A DNA stretch of 64,000 bases from an uncultured Verrucomicrobiae bacterium. GTDB taxonomy: Bacteria > Verrucomicrobiota > Verrucomicrobiia > Chthoniobacterales > JAFAMB01. Positions 19,090 to 29,316 of the stretch are shown in pieces. Both the position numbers and the translations under genes were made by a program. The stretch is from the NCBI GenBank assembly GCA_963813025.1, contig CAWEXO010000014.1, positions 96,001 to 160,000 on the forward strand, in the 5' to 3' direction. The first letter of the stretch is position 1. Each line of letters opens with the position of its first letter. Under the pieces are notes generated by a model that was not told the origin of the DNA, did no database searches, and worked only from the letters and a program-made list of their open reading frames with translations.

Positions 19090-20303
19090 AGAAGTCCTCG
19101 ACTTACTTTCTCCGCGCTGGAGAAGGTGAAGATTGGGAGCTCTGGATTTTGTCGGATGGCAGGCGGGCGGAGTTTGTGCGACGCACCAGCCAGCCCGCGG
19201 AAATCCCGGGTCGAACCGTGATTGCCTTGCCGGCCAGCCGGACAGTGAGTTTTCCCAGTTGGGTGGCCAGTGACGACAAAGCAGTCGTTCCCGAGATCAT
19301 TCATCTGCAGCTCGAAAAACGAGGTCTTCTCACGCGGAACGGCAGCGCGACTTCCACCGACGTGCGTATTCTGGAAACCCAGAGCGGTCGGACCCTTGCT
19401 TTGGCAACCGTTTTGCAAGCCGACTTCCCGGCCGATCTCACGATCGAGAAAGCGATTCGCTTCGAGCCCTCAGTTTTCACTCTCCCCCTGCCGCAAGATC
19501 GGATTGTGCTTTGGCGGGAGCAAGGCCGCCTTGCCTTGGCGGCGACCAGGGGCCGTGATGCGGTGCATTCCCAAGTTCTGTCGGATCGCGAGATTACCGA
19601 CGCGGTTGCGCAGGAGTTGCGCTGCGTGGTTTTTCAACTCCGGGCTCAGGGCGCTTGCGGTAACCTGCTCGGTGCCTCGTTGTGGGGCGACTTCACCGAT
19701 GAAGAAGCTCGCCGAGTGGAAAGGGCGACTGGTCTGCGCGTGGCCCGGGACGAATTTCCCGCACCAAGCCTGACCGCGACTCCTTCCTCTCTCTTGCCAC
19801 CGGCGGTGCAAACCCTCCATGCCAAAAGACAACGGCGTGATCAGATCCGGAGAACGATTCTCACCTTGTTGATTCTTTATGGGCTGGGACTTCTCGGCTT
19901 CGTCGGATACCTCGCTTGGCAGAAGTGGCAAGTGGCTCAGTTGGGAGACGCTATCCGTGCGGAACAGCCAACCGTGAATGCGATTCAACGAACCGCCGAA
20001 CGCTGGCAGCACCTGCAATGGGCGATCGATCCGAAGACCTTCCCAGTCGAGTTGCTCTACCAGGTCTCCAATGCGTTGCCTGATCAAGGCATGCGGCTGG
20101 TGCGCTTCGAGCTTCAGAAGGGCAAACTGATCATCCACGGCGAGGCCAGCGGTGCACCGGCTGCTTTTAAATTTGCTGCTGACCTCAAGGCCAATCCAGC
20201 CCTGCGATTTTTTACGTGGAAGATGCCCAGTCCCAGCTTGCGCCCAGATGGCCGGGCGGAGTTTATCATTGAAGGAGAACCAAGCCTTGCGAAAATGGAC
20301 TAA
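19074..20303 (+). CDS. GspL/PilN-like inner-membrane assembly protein
   Basis: Large cytoplasmic domain, single TM, coiled coil, PilN-like C-terminus (LIIHGEA); synteny. Confidence 0.65.
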   Translation: MAGKLEKSSTYFLRAGEGEDWELWILSDGRRAEFVRRTSQPAEIPGRTVIALPASRTVSFPSWVASDDKAVVPEIIHLQLEKRGLLTRNGSATSTDVRILETQSGRTLALATVLQADFPADLTIEKAIRFEPSVFTLPLPQDRIVLWREQGRLALAATRGRDAVHSQVLSDREITDAVAQELRCVVFQLRAQGACGNLLGASLWGDFTDEEARRVERATGLRVARDEFPAPSLTATPSSLLPPAVQTLHAKRQRRDQIRRTILTLLILYGLGLLGFVGYLAWQKWQVAQLGDAIRAEQPTVNAIQRTAERWQHLQWAIDPKTFPVELLYQVSNALPDQGMRLVRFELQKGKLIIHGEASGAPAAFKFAADLKANPALRFFTWKMPSPSLRPDGRAEFIIEGEPSLAKMD

Positions 20304-20814
20304 AAACGAGATCCGGCTCAGTTGGCTGTTCGCCGCGGCTATCTTTATCATGGCCAATTTCTACGGCGTTGGCTATCTGCTCGATCGCCAATCCGAACTA
20401 GCGCAGAAGCTCAGTGAACTCAAGGCGACCCGAGGATCCGACCTGAATTGGTTGCGCGAACGGAATCTCTGGTTGCGGCGGGAACACTGGCTGGATGCGA
20501 AGCAGCCGAAAGTGAGCGGAAACGAGGTGCCGCAGTCGGACCTTTTGGAGTCGCTGACGAAGAGCGCGGCCGATCATCAGTTGCAAATCCAGGAACAAGG
20601 GTTTGGCGAGGCGAAGAGTTCCGCTTTTTACCGGGCCGTAGCCGTACGGCTCAGGCTGAGCGGTAGCTTGGAAAATGTGATGAAGTGGCTCGCGACGGTG
20701 CAGCAACCGGAACACTTCCAGGCGATAACCAGTTTTTCTTTGAAAAGCGAGAACGAGCCTCCTAGTGTCAGCCTCGAATTGGAGGTAGCCCGCTGGTATG
20801 CACCGCAAGCTTAA
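20287..20814 (+). CDS. GspM/PilO-like protein
   Basis: TTG start after GAAGGAG; TM, coiled coil, VRLRLSGSLENVMKWL; synteny. Confidence 0.6.
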   Translation: MRKWTKNEIRLSWLFAAAIFIMANFYGVGYLLDRQSELAQKLSELKATRGSDLNWLRERNLWLRREHWLDAKQPKVSGNEVPQSDLLESLTKSAADHQLQIQEQGFGEAKSSAFYRAVAVRLRLSGSLENVMKWLATVQQPEHFQAITSFSLKSENEPPSVSLELEVARWYAPQA

Positions 20815-21559
20815 CGGATGCGTCGACCGAACCTTTCGCGCCCGACGGCACGTCCCCCTAGTCCGAAGGTACGCTCTTCCGGTATTGGTTACGCTCTTCG
20901 CTGCAGGTGTCGTTCGTGCCGATGATCAGCTGCCGGTCGGATACAAAATCGATCGTTACCGGAAGATTTGGGAACGCAACCCATTTACCTTGGTGACACC
21001 GGCCGCGGCCCACGCTGCGCCGAACCCTTTTGAAAAGCTGTTTTTAGTCAGCTGGCTTAAGGACGGCGGCAAGGACATTATTTTCGTCCAAAACACCGAG
21101 ACCAACGATACCCAGAAGATCACGACGGAGCCGAACAAAGACAATCTGCGTTTGCTCCAGATGCATCCGAATGCTGATCCAAAGCTCGTAGAGGCGACAA
21201 TCGCCAACGGCGCCGAACAAGGGAACGTAAAATTTCACTTCGAAGCGCCAAATCCAAACGGAAACGTTCCGGGCCAGATGCCCGGCAATGTTCCCGGTAT
21301 CATGCCGCGTCCTGGGTTTCCCAATCCAGTTGGGGCATCGCCTAATGCTCCTGGCACGACCGGACGGTTTCCGGTTCCTCGTTCGGGGCAGCAACCCATC
21401 CCCGGCGTTCCGGGCAATGTCCCCGGCGCCCAGCCCAACGGTCCGGGAAGGTCTCCCCAAGCTCTACCCCAAGCTGTATCCCCGAGTCCTGGAGCACCTA
21501 GCCAACCCGAGATCCGGCGAAAGCGCTTGCCACCGCCTGACCAGGAAGAACAACGATAA
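20798..21559 (+). CDS. Proline-rich T2SS-associated protein (GspC-like role possible)
   Basis: Hydrophobic N-terminal segment, WERNPF motif, P/G-rich tail; directly precedes the secretin. Confidence 0.55.
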   Translation: MHRKLNGCVDRTFRARRHVPLVRRYALPVLVTLFAAGVVRADDQLPVGYKIDRYRKIWERNPFTLVTPAAAHAAPNPFEKLFLVSWLKDGGKDIIFVQNTETNDTQKITTEPNKDNLRLLQMHPNADPKLVEATIANGAEQGNVKFHFEAPNPNGNVPGQMPGNVPGIMPRPGFPNPVGASPNAPGTTGRFPVPRSGQQPIPGVPGNVPGAQPNGPGRSPQALPQAVSPSPGAPSQPEIRRKRLPPPDQEEQR

Positions 21560-21562
21560 CTG

Positions 21563-23917
21563 ATGCAGTCTCACCCGGATTATTTTCACGTCGTCGGGCT
21601 TTCTCGTCTTCGCGCTTTCTGCACCGTTCGCGTACTCGCTAGGTTGTGTCTTTCCTTGAGCCTTCTTCTTTTGGCCGTTCCGGCACGCGCTCAGCCGAAG
21701 TCCGAACCGGCCGCTTCACCAGAATCGCCGGCCGTGCCGTCTCAAGAGCCAATGAGTTCTTTTCAGGCCGTGAATGCCAGCATCGATACCATTTTGCAAC
21801 AGTACGAGCAGCTGACCGGTAAAGTGCTGATCCGGGACAGCAATTTGATGGCCAACGCGGTGCCCATCACGATCTCCGTGCCGCATCCGGTTCCGCGCTC
21901 TGAATTGGTCCGTCTGATTGAGGCGGCTCTCCTCCTGAACAATTACGCACTCATTCCAGGCTCGGAGCCGAATACAGTCAAGGTGATTAACATCAATACC
22001 GGGAAAAATCCGCGGAGCGAAGGTGTTCGCCTTTATGCCAGTCCGGACAGCCTGCCCGCAGACGAGGAGGTAGTCAGCTACTACATGCCTTTCAAGTACA
22101 TTTCAGCCAATGAAGCGTTGACCGTTTTTCAAACGCATATCTTGCCGCGCGCCTTCACTTCGTTCGTGCCGATCAACAGCTCTCAGGCCTTACTCATCAC
22201 TGAAACCACCAGCGTTATTCGCCAGCTCATCGCGGTCCAGCAGCTCATTGATACTCCTCCCACCCGCACGGTCACTGAATTTGTGCAGCTGATCAGAGCC
22301 GATGCTGAAAAAGTCGCGGATACGATCAATAAACTGTTGGAGGCAGAACAAAAGGGGACCGGCAGTGCGCCGACAGCGGTGCCGCAAGCGCCGGGAGCGC
22401 CGGCTCGGGCCGTCAGTGAGGGGTCTTCTCTCGGCCAATTGATTGCTGATACGCGCACCAATCGGGTCCTGATTGTTTGCCGGCCGGGGGATCTGGACTA
22501 CTTGCGAAACCTCGTGCTGGACTTTGATAAAGCTGCGATTGCCTCCAGGCCTCTGGAATATCGGCTCCGCTACGTTTCGGCCGGAGACGTTTTGCCAGTG
22601 CTCGCTCAGGTACTGGCGGAAAGTGAGAAAGAAGTGGAGGCAGCAAGGACCGGCGCCCAGCCGCAGCAACAGCAGCAGGCTGGTGCAGGTCAGAATCGGC
22701 AGGTGAACTTCGGGGGAACTGGCGGAGGCCTCGGGAGTAACACTGCTTTCGGAGGAGCGGCTGGCGCTTATGGCGGGACTGGCCAGGCTTACGGCTCGAA
22801 TATCGCGGAGAGCCTCCTGCAGGAACCGGATCAGCCCGTCGGGCCGCAGGCGATTACCGTCGGAAAGACCAGGATTATTTCGGATTCGCGCAATAACAAG
22901 ATATTGGTGATCGGGCCGCCCGAGAGTATCCAGCGGGTGCGGACCTTACTGGACCGACTCGATCGGCGCCCGCAACAGGTTTATCTCGCCACCGTCATCG
23001 GGCAGTTGCAGCTGACCAACGATCTCGATTTCGGTATCGATTTTACGCAGACGTTTAAGAAGTTGGGTGGAGGAAACGGCGTCGCTTCGGCCAACCAGAA
23101 CAGCCCGATAACAACTGGAGGCAGTATCATTGATCCGCGGTCCATCCTGACCACTGGTGCTTTTCCGGCTAGCCCTGGTGGTTTGACTATTTACGGGAGC
23201 ATTACCGATGCGATCCGAGTGTTTATTCGCGCCACGGAAACGCATGACCGTTTTCGAATCTTGGCGCGTCCATCCGTTTACACTGCTAACAATAAGCTCG
23301 CGGTTATATCAAACGGTCAACAAATCCCTTATCCGGGGTCGACTCTCACGAGTGTTCAGTCTGGAACTACGGGCATCATTAGCAACAACACCACCAACGC
23401 AGTCGCTTCCACAGTTGAGTTTGCCAACGTAGAGTTGCGGCTGGAAGTCATTCCCTTGATCAATACCGATGGCGAAGTCACCTTAAAAATTGCGCAGGTT
23501 AACGATAGCGCGGGTACTCCAGTGACTATTTCGGGCAATCCGGTGCCTGAAATCAATAGTCAGCGCCTAACTACAACCGTGACCGTCCCTAGCGGGGCGA
23601 CGGTCGTGTTAGGCGGCCTGATTTCCGACAACCTCACGAAAACCGAGAGTGGCATCCCTTATCTTATGCGCGTCCCATACTTGGGGAATTTCTTCAAGTA
23701 CCACACACAGAATCACAGTCGCACAGAGCTAATCGTCTTTATCCAGCCGGTTGTCGTCAACGACGATGCCCAGTCGGTCTCCCAAAGCATCAGAGAGGAG
23801 AGACGGACAAAGCTCGGGCCGGACACTTACTCCCTGGCCCATCCGGAGGAAGGGCCGCCAGCGGAGGCGCCCCCAAAGACGAGATCAGTCAGAAAAAACA
23901 AGGGGTACGGCAAGTAA
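21563..23917 (+). CDS. gspD: Type II secretion secretin
   Basis: Secretin N-domains (ADTRTNRVLI, SDSRNNKILV), LDRRPQQV, GATVVLGGLI, GIPYLMRVPYLGNFF, RTELIVFIQP. Confidence 0.93.
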   Translation: MQSHPDYFHVVGLSRLRAFCTVRVLARLCLSLSLLLLAVPARAQPKSEPAASPESPAVPSQEPMSSFQAVNASIDTILQQYEQLTGKVLIRDSNLMANAVPITISVPHPVPRSELVRLIEAALLLNNYALIPGSEPNTVKVININTGKNPRSEGVRLYASPDSLPADEEVVSYYMPFKYISANEALTVFQTHILPRAFTSFVPINSSQALLITETTSVIRQLIAVQQLIDTPPTRTVTEFVQLIRADAEKVADTINKLLEAEQKGTGSAPTAVPQAPGAPARAVSEGSSLGQLIADTRTNRVLIVCRPGDLDYLRNLVLDFDKAAIASRPLEYRLRYVSAGDVLPVLAQVLAESEKEVEAARTGAQPQQQQQAGAGQNRQVNFGGTGGGLGSNTAFGGAAGAYGGTGQAYGSNIAESLLQEPDQPVGPQAITVGKTRIISDSRNNKILVIGPPESIQRVRTLLDRLDRRPQQVYLATVIGQLQLTNDLDFGIDFTQTFKKLGGGNGVASANQNSPITTGGSIIDPRSILTTGAFPASPGGLTIYGSITDAIRVFIRATETHDRFRILARPSVYTANNKLAVISNGQQIPYPGSTLTSVQSGTTGIISNNTTNAVASTVEFANVELRLEVIPLINTDGEVTLKIAQVNDSAGTPVTISGNPVPEINSQRLTTTVTVPSGATVVLGGLISDNLTKTESGIPYLMRVPYLGNFFKYHTQNHSRTELIVFIQPVVVNDDAQSVSQSIREERRTKLGPDTYSLAHPEEGPPAEAPPKTRSVRKNKGYGK

Positions 23918-23975
23918 ATGTATATTGTCCCGCCGTAGTGGGCTTGTGGGACGAGTTCTGCACAACGTATACGCA

Positions 23976-24123
23976 TGGCCCTGCGCCGGTAGGGCGAAAA
24001 TTCATTCGAGCGCCAGGCGAGAACTTGTTTGAGCCGTCTGGAGAGTGGTAATGCTCCGGCGTCCGGCTCAAACGAGTCCTCGCTAAGGCTCGAATGAATT
24101 TTCGCCCTACCGGCGCAGGGCCA
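23976..24123. repeat. REPIN-like palindrome, family A (GTAGGGCGAAAATTCATTCGAGC)
   Basis: Inverted GTAG-headed arms; related copies at 38108-38299, 59563-59637 and 61650-61776. Confidence 0.88.
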
Positions 24124-24172
24124 AGAAACACTTCGAGCCGATCTCTAACAATCCGTTGTCACTCCGACCCAT

Positions 24173-27025
24173 TTAACTGCCGCGCTGATCCGCGAGTTCG
24201 CTGTTTTCACTCAACCGCAGATCGATCGTGAAGGCTCCGGGAAACATGGCTTCAGCAATCGGCCCCGGCACGAAAGACTGCACTTCGCCCTGCGCAAATT
24301 CTGCCTGGTCTGCTTGCAGAATGTACTGTCGCACCGGGTCGCCAGAGTCTCGATCAACCAGAACCAGGTTTAGCGGTACCTGCACCGGCAATCTCGGGTG
24401 AAGCGACGGATAGAAGTGGCAGTGCCGGTATCGGACCCCAACGGCATATTCCCGGGCCGAGAGTGAGCGGAACGTGATCTCGCGACCATTTACAAAGATC
24501 TGGTAATGGTGGCGGAACTCGGTGGTTCCCGAGAACTCTAACCGCCGCAAAGAAGTATCGACGAACCGGCTGGTCGAACCACCCGTGATGGGGCTTTCGG
24601 CCAGCAGAGGCCACGCTTCCAGCGCCCGACGAACGCTAAGGCCGGCAAACTCGAGCATCCGCGGAAAACGCCACTCCCAGATCTCGCGAAAAATCTTCGG
24701 CTCAAAACCGAAACCCCATTGCGCCAGCTCGGTCAGAATCCCCGTGAGATCGGACCATAACTCCGTTGGCAAGAGGCAGCGATCATGAAGGTCGTTACCC
24801 CAGGTTTTCAGTGGCTCGGTAAACGGCCGTTTCAGGAGATAAACGAGCAGCGCGCGAAACAAGAGGGTCACCGCGCTGGACCACTCGACTCGCGGAAATG
24901 TTTCCACGGCGCGAAATTCGATGAGGCCCAGCAGACCGGTTGGCGAACTCCAGAATTTGTCGACACTGATCTCGGCACGATGCGTGTTGCCGGCGATATC
25001 CGTATGTAGATGACGCAGGATTTCGTGGATCTCGTGCCGGGTGTCCCCGGCGGCAAGAGCTTCTAATTGATGATAGGCCAGTTCCAGGTTGAGCAGCTCG
25101 AGAGTGCTTTCATCGGCACGGGGCGCTTGCGAAGCCGCTCCCACGTACGCACCGGTGAACAGATAGGAAAGTGCGGGATGGTGCTGCCAAAAACGCAGGA
25201 TGCTCGCCAGCCAGGCCGGTCGGCTAAAGAACGGGTTCTCCGCAAGAGTCGGTCCCCCAAACAGAATGTGATGGCCACCGCCAGTACCGTTCTCGATGAC
25301 CCCCTCCCGGATCGTCCGTAGCCCCAGACTTTGGCCGATGTTCTCGAGTCGTTCTAACCATCGGTGGTAATCCAGCCAGGTACGGCAAGCCGGGACATTG
25401 ACTTCGAGAACGCCAGGATCCGCCGTAAACGCTATCCGAGACCAGCTCTCCGGGAGATCGACCGGCAGGTGCCCCTGCCAGCGGATCGCCATCTGTCCCT
25501 GAACTAGCTCGGCCAACACAGCGACCAGCTCGGCGGTGGCGGAGGCAGACAGAGGTGGAAGAAAAATATGAAGCGAATCGGCCTGACTCTCGAGCACCAG
25601 TGCTCGCTTTGTCAGTGATTCTGGCAAAAGGTGTAAAGGGAGACGCAGACCCGCCGGCCCTTCCGCGGCGATCAATTGCGGGCGATTCAAATTCCATTTC
25701 TCTGCCCGCCACTCGTCTGCCGGCTTGTCTAGCGGAAGAACCCAGACCGGCCGCCGTTTGGCCTTTGGATCGACGGCTTTCAGCCAGCGATCCTCGCAAT
25801 GAAGACGGCTCACCAGTCGATCACGCAACTGCCGCAACCATTTCTCATCGGTCCTTCCTCCGGCACCCATCTTCGTCACAGGCAATGCCAGCGGCCCGGT
25901 CAAGACCTGCAAAGCCCAGCGCGGATCCAGTTCACCCGGGTACAGTTTACCGGGCGTATAGAGGATGAGCGCTCCGGGCCAGACTTCGCTTGCGACGCGT
26001 TCGGCAAAGTCATAGGCGTACTGAAGTTTTCGCGGGCTAACCGCCGCGAAATGCCACTCATCGCCATCCGGCTTTTCCGGAATAAACGTCGGTTCCCCTC
26101 CCATCGTGAGAACGATCTCTTCCTCGCGCAAAGTTTGCTCCACGTGGGCGGCAATCTTCGAAAGGTCCGGTTCAGTCATCAGACTCAGATCCAAGCGCGA
26201 ATCGAATTGTGCAGGGACCCGTTCGTTCCCGTAGTAGCTGCCGGAGATCGGAGCGATATCGGTCGTCCGCGGTCCCACCGCCGTGGCAATGAACCGGTGA
26301 TCGCAAAAGGTGCCATTGGTCGGATCAACTCCGACCCAGCCCGCTCCGGGCAGATAAATCTCGACCCAGGCATGCAGCCCGCTGTCGGCTCTCCGGTCCT
26401 TGATGTCAACCTGGAACTCGCACAGGAAACCGCTGACCAAGCGCGCAGCTAATCCTGTTTTCCGTACGATAGTCGCACAGAGCAGGGCGGTGTCCCGGCA
26501 GGCGCCGATTCTGCTTTCGACCACTTGCGCCGGCGGCAAAGCCTCTCCGGTATCGCGCACAACGTACTCAATCTCTCGATGCAACGTCTGGACCAGGTTC
26601 ACGAGCGCGCTCACCGTGTCCTGTTGAGCATCGAGCCGCCAGATCTCCTCCGTCGCAGCATCTTCCTCTGGCGGGATCGCGAGAAACGGCGCGAGAAAAC
26701 TTCGCTCCGCCTCCGGGTAGGTGAAGGGGAGCTGCGCGGCATAATTTGCCACAATGAAATGAAAAGGATTTCTTGGCCACAGTTCGACCTCCAGCTGGAC
26801 GGCCACTTTCAAGTTATCCGACGGACGAGGGAAAAAACAGGTTGCTACGAGGTTATCAAACAAATCCCGGCGGTACTGGATATCGCTCTCAATATTGATC
26901 CGGGTCTCCTGTTTATGGGTGACGACTGACTGCCCAGTCCGGGGATAGAGCCGGACGGTGTGTAACGAAAAGCTGACCGGCTTTTCATACACGTACTCCA
27001 TCCAATTCTCGATTTGTACCCGCAT
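24173..27025 (-). CDS. Transglutaminase-like domain fused to DUF2126 putative amidoligase
   Basis: GACRD, ARLVSG, LHAWVEIYLPGAGWVGVDPT; then LTMGGEPTF, DPGVLEVN, GTGGGHH, HHPALSYLF, GNTHRAE, GLIEFR. Confidence 0.9.
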   Translation of the reverse strand: MRVQIENWMEYVYEKPVSFSLHTVRLYPRTGQSVVTHKQETRINIESDIQYRRDLFDNLVATCFFPRPSDNLKVAVQLEVELWPRNPFHFIVANYAAQLPFTYPEAERSFLAPFLAIPPEEDAATEEIWRLDAQQDTVSALVNLVQTLHREIEYVVRDTGEALPPAQVVESRIGACRDTALLCATIVRKTGLAARLVSGFLCEFQVDIKDRRADSGLHAWVEIYLPGAGWVGVDPTNGTFCDHRFIATAVGPRTTDIAPISGSYYGNERVPAQFDSRLDLSLMTEPDLSKIAAHVEQTLREEEIVLTMGGEPTFIPEKPDGDEWHFAAVSPRKLQYAYDFAERVASEVWPGALILYTPGKLYPGELDPRWALQVLTGPLALPVTKMGAGGRTDEKWLRQLRDRLVSRLHCEDRWLKAVDPKAKRRPVWVLPLDKPADEWRAEKWNLNRPQLIAAEGPAGLRLPLHLLPESLTKRALVLESQADSLHIFLPPLSASATAELVAVLAELVQGQMAIRWQGHLPVDLPESWSRIAFTADPGVLEVNVPACRTWLDYHRWLERLENIGQSLGLRTIREGVIENGTGGGHHILFGGPTLAENPFFSRPAWLASILRFWQHHPALSYLFTGAYVGAASQAPRADESTLELLNLELAYHQLEALAAGDTRHEIHEILRHLHTDIAGNTHRAEISVDKFWSSPTGLLGLIEFRAVETFPRVEWSSAVTLLFRALLVYLLKRPFTEPLKTWGNDLHDRCLLPTELWSDLTGILTELAQWGFGFEPKIFREIWEWRFPRMLEFAGLSVRRALEAWPLLAESPITGGSTSRFVDTSLRRLEFSGTTEFRHHYQIFVNGREITFRSLSAREYAVGVRYRHCHFYPSLHPRLPVQVPLNLVLVDRDSGDPVRQYILQADQAEFAQGEVQSFVPGPIAEAMFPGAFTIDLRLSENSELADQRGS

Positions 27026-27052
27026 GCGTTCTGCGCCGCTGAAGTTTTCGCC

Positions 27053-27964
27053 TTATCGATTTTCCGGTTCGTTCGATAGGCCGTTCCGCTGATTTCTCAT
27101 TCGGCGCATCGCTACCTGGACCTTCATCGATTGCGTCCCGGATCCTTTGAATGTCCCGCGAATCGGAGACGCTTCTCCGGCGTCTCGTCCGAAAGAGACG
27201 GCGATATGCTGTTCGCCGCACCAGACGTTATTCGTCGGGTCAAGAGCTACCCACTGCTGACCGGGAACAAACGCCTCGACCCAGGCGTGCGTCGCTATCG
27301 AGCCGACCAGGCGACGAGTCCGTCCTTGAGAATCTGTTCCGGTTGCCGTTTCGATGTAACCGCACACATAGCGCGCGGGCAAGCCAGCGGTGCGCAGAAC
27401 GCTGAGCATGACATGCGCAAAATCCTGACAGACGCCCGCGCGTTCTTTCCAGATGATGCCTACGTCGGTTCGGAAATCAGTGATACCTTTGCGATACTTA
27501 AAATTTTCATGCACAGTCTCCATTAACGTCTCCAGACCTTGCCTTAGAGAAAAGCGGCCGCTGAGGTATTTTCGGGCCCACTGAGTGGCTTCGCGCCCAA
27601 TACTCACCATCTCGGTCGGCTGCAGGTAATCGAAAACAAAGGGAAGGGCGCCATGAAGGATTTGTCGAGCTTCCTGAATACTCAGATCGAGACTCTCCTG
27701 TGGCAGCTGCGCTGCGGTAGTCTCAATGAGTGCATCGCTCCGAATGCTCAGTCGCGAATGGCGAAAGGGGAGCGCGAGAACTGAAACCCGGTTGCCAAAG
27801 TAGTCCTCGTACTCCGAACCGGTGGTAATAGGTTCCAGCGCAAGCTGGAAGCGTTTAATTTGCTGCGTCTCGCGGGTCGGAGGTTTTAGACGCAACTCCA
27901 GGTGTGCCTCGGCCACTGGTGCACTGTAGCGATAGTCCGTCCGATGGATAACTCGGAAAAGCAT
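27053..27964 (-). CDS. Transglutaminase family protein
   Basis: H.TDYRYS, DYFGN, GVCQDFAH, ARYVCGY, THAWVE, LDPTN, GRD. Confidence 0.92.
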   Translation of the reverse strand: MLFRVIHRTDYRYSAPVAEAHLELRLKPPTRETQQIKRFQLALEPITTGSEYEDYFGNRVSVLALPFRHSRLSIRSDALIETTAAQLPQESLDLSIQEARQILHGALPFVFDYLQPTEMVSIGREATQWARKYLSGRFSLRQGLETLMETVHENFKYRKGITDFRTDVGIIWKERAGVCQDFAHVMLSVLRTAGLPARYVCGYIETATGTDSQGRTRRLVGSIATHAWVEAFVPGQQWVALDPTNNVWCGEQHIAVSFGRDAGEASPIRGTFKGSGTQSMKVQVAMRRMRNQRNGLSNEPENR

Positions 27965-28235
27965 GCGGGCTTATTTGTCAGGCTGAGCAACCATCATCAA
28001 ATGCGGATACGCAAGGTCTGTTTGCCAAATGCTGCGTCAAACCGAATTGGTTAGAGCGCTGGCCTGATATTGTCCGAGCCAAAGCTCAGCGGCACAACTT
28101 CCTGACAATCCACGGCCGGACACTTGCGGTTACAATGAGCGGCATGCAGGATACGGACGAGACCGTCCTCGCTACTTTTGATACCGCCCCGGTTGACTCG
28201 CTGCGGCGTGGGTTCAAAAAGCGCGAGATGATTTC

Positions 28236-28275
28236 AAACGCAAAACGTGAAACCCGAAACACGAAACGCGAAACG
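28236..28275 (+). repeat. GAAACGY heptamer run immediately upstream of the FAH gene
   Basis: aaacgcaaaacgtgaaacccgaaacacgaaacgcgaaacg. Confidence 0.7.
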
Positions 28276-28283
28276 TCTACCCT

Positions 28284-29123
28284 ATGCGACTCTATAAAAC
28301 CTCCGATCAGTTAGCCGTTGAGTCTGACGGGAGATTCTATGCGGTGCCGGAACGTGACCTGGACATCTTGCTCAACGACCGCGATTTGGCGGGAGAACTC
28401 CAAAGAGCGATCTCGAGCGGGCAGTCCATTCCAGAGCCAGCAAATCTGGTGGCTCCGATCGGTTCTCAGGAAGTCTGGGGCGCTGGCGTCACCTACGAGC
28501 GCAGCAAACATGCTCGCGTCGCTGAGGCCGGACAAGGGGGCGACTTTTATACGCGCGTCTATGACGCCGAACGGCCGGAATTGTTCTTCAAATGCAATGC
28601 GTTCCGTGTGTGCGGACTGGGACAACCAATTCGGATCAGGCAAGACGCGCGCTGGAGTGTCCCCGAACCGGAGCTTACTCTCGTAATCAACCAGCGAGGA
28701 ACGATTGTCGGGTACACGATTGGCAATGATGTTTCTTCCAGGGATATCGAAGGTGAAAACCCGCTTTATCTGCCCCAAGCCAAACTTTACAACGGAAGTT
28801 GCGCGCTTGGCCCCGGGATCCTGGTGAGCGATCAAACGTTCGCCCCTTCGACCGAAATCAATTTGCGAATTTTTCGCGGCGCAAGCTTGCACTTTAGCGG
28901 CACGACGTCACTCGCTCGGATGCGACGCAAGTTTTCCGTGCTGGTCGAGTATTTATACCGCGAACTCGATTTCCCGATGGGCGCCTTTCTGATGACCGGC
29001 ACCGGGATTGTCCCACCGGACGATTTTACCTTGCAAGCCGGTGATGAGGTCAGGATCGCGATCGAGCCGGTCGGAGAATTGATAAACACGGTCGCTTCTT
29101 CCAAAGGGAAAGTGATATCTTAG
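28284..29123 (+). CDS. Fumarylacetoacetate hydrolase family protein (2-keto-3-deoxypentonate dehydratase-like)
   Basis: QEVWGAGVTY, RPELFFK, VPEPEL, GNDVSSRDIEGENPLYLPQAK, MTGTGIVP. Confidence 0.88.
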   Translation: MRLYKTSDQLAVESDGRFYAVPERDLDILLNDRDLAGELQRAISSGQSIPEPANLVAPIGSQEVWGAGVTYERSKHARVAEAGQGGDFYTRVYDAERPELFFKCNAFRVCGLGQPIRIRQDARWSVPEPELTLVINQRGTIVGYTIGNDVSSRDIEGENPLYLPQAKLYNGSCALGPGILVSDQTFAPSTEINLRIFRGASLHFSGTTSLARMRRKFSVLVEYLYRELDFPMGAFLMTGTGIVPPDDFTLQAGDEVRIAIEPVGELINTVASSKGKVIS

Positions 29124-29298
29124 CGTGTCTTGGAGTGCGTGCGACTTGTCGCCGCTTTGAGATAGCGCGGAGCGCGGCCTAGACCGAGAACGGAACCGCA
29201 GAGTGCTGAATTCTCTCGCGAAAAAAACTGTTTTATCGAGAGCCGCGCTCCGCGCGGTCCGAAAGCGGCGACAGGTCGCACGCACTCCAAGACGCGCT
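29122..29298. repeat. Palindromic repeat family C, complete element without insert, between convergent genes
   Basis: 37-bp arms at 29122-29158 and 29262-29298 with 2 mismatches. Confidence 0.85.
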
Positions 29299-29316
29299 CA
29301 AACGTACCTCCGCCTT

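Noticed and set aside
19470..20357. Long antisense ORFs (also 2657-3307, 25799-26452, 48570-49202, 62187-63002)
   Set aside because: Shadows of well-supported genes on the opposite strand with no recognisable motifs.
28006..28026. Sigma54 promoter upstream of the transglutaminases (TGGC...TTGC on the minus strand)
   Set aside because: GG-to-GC spacing is 12 nt rather than the required 10.
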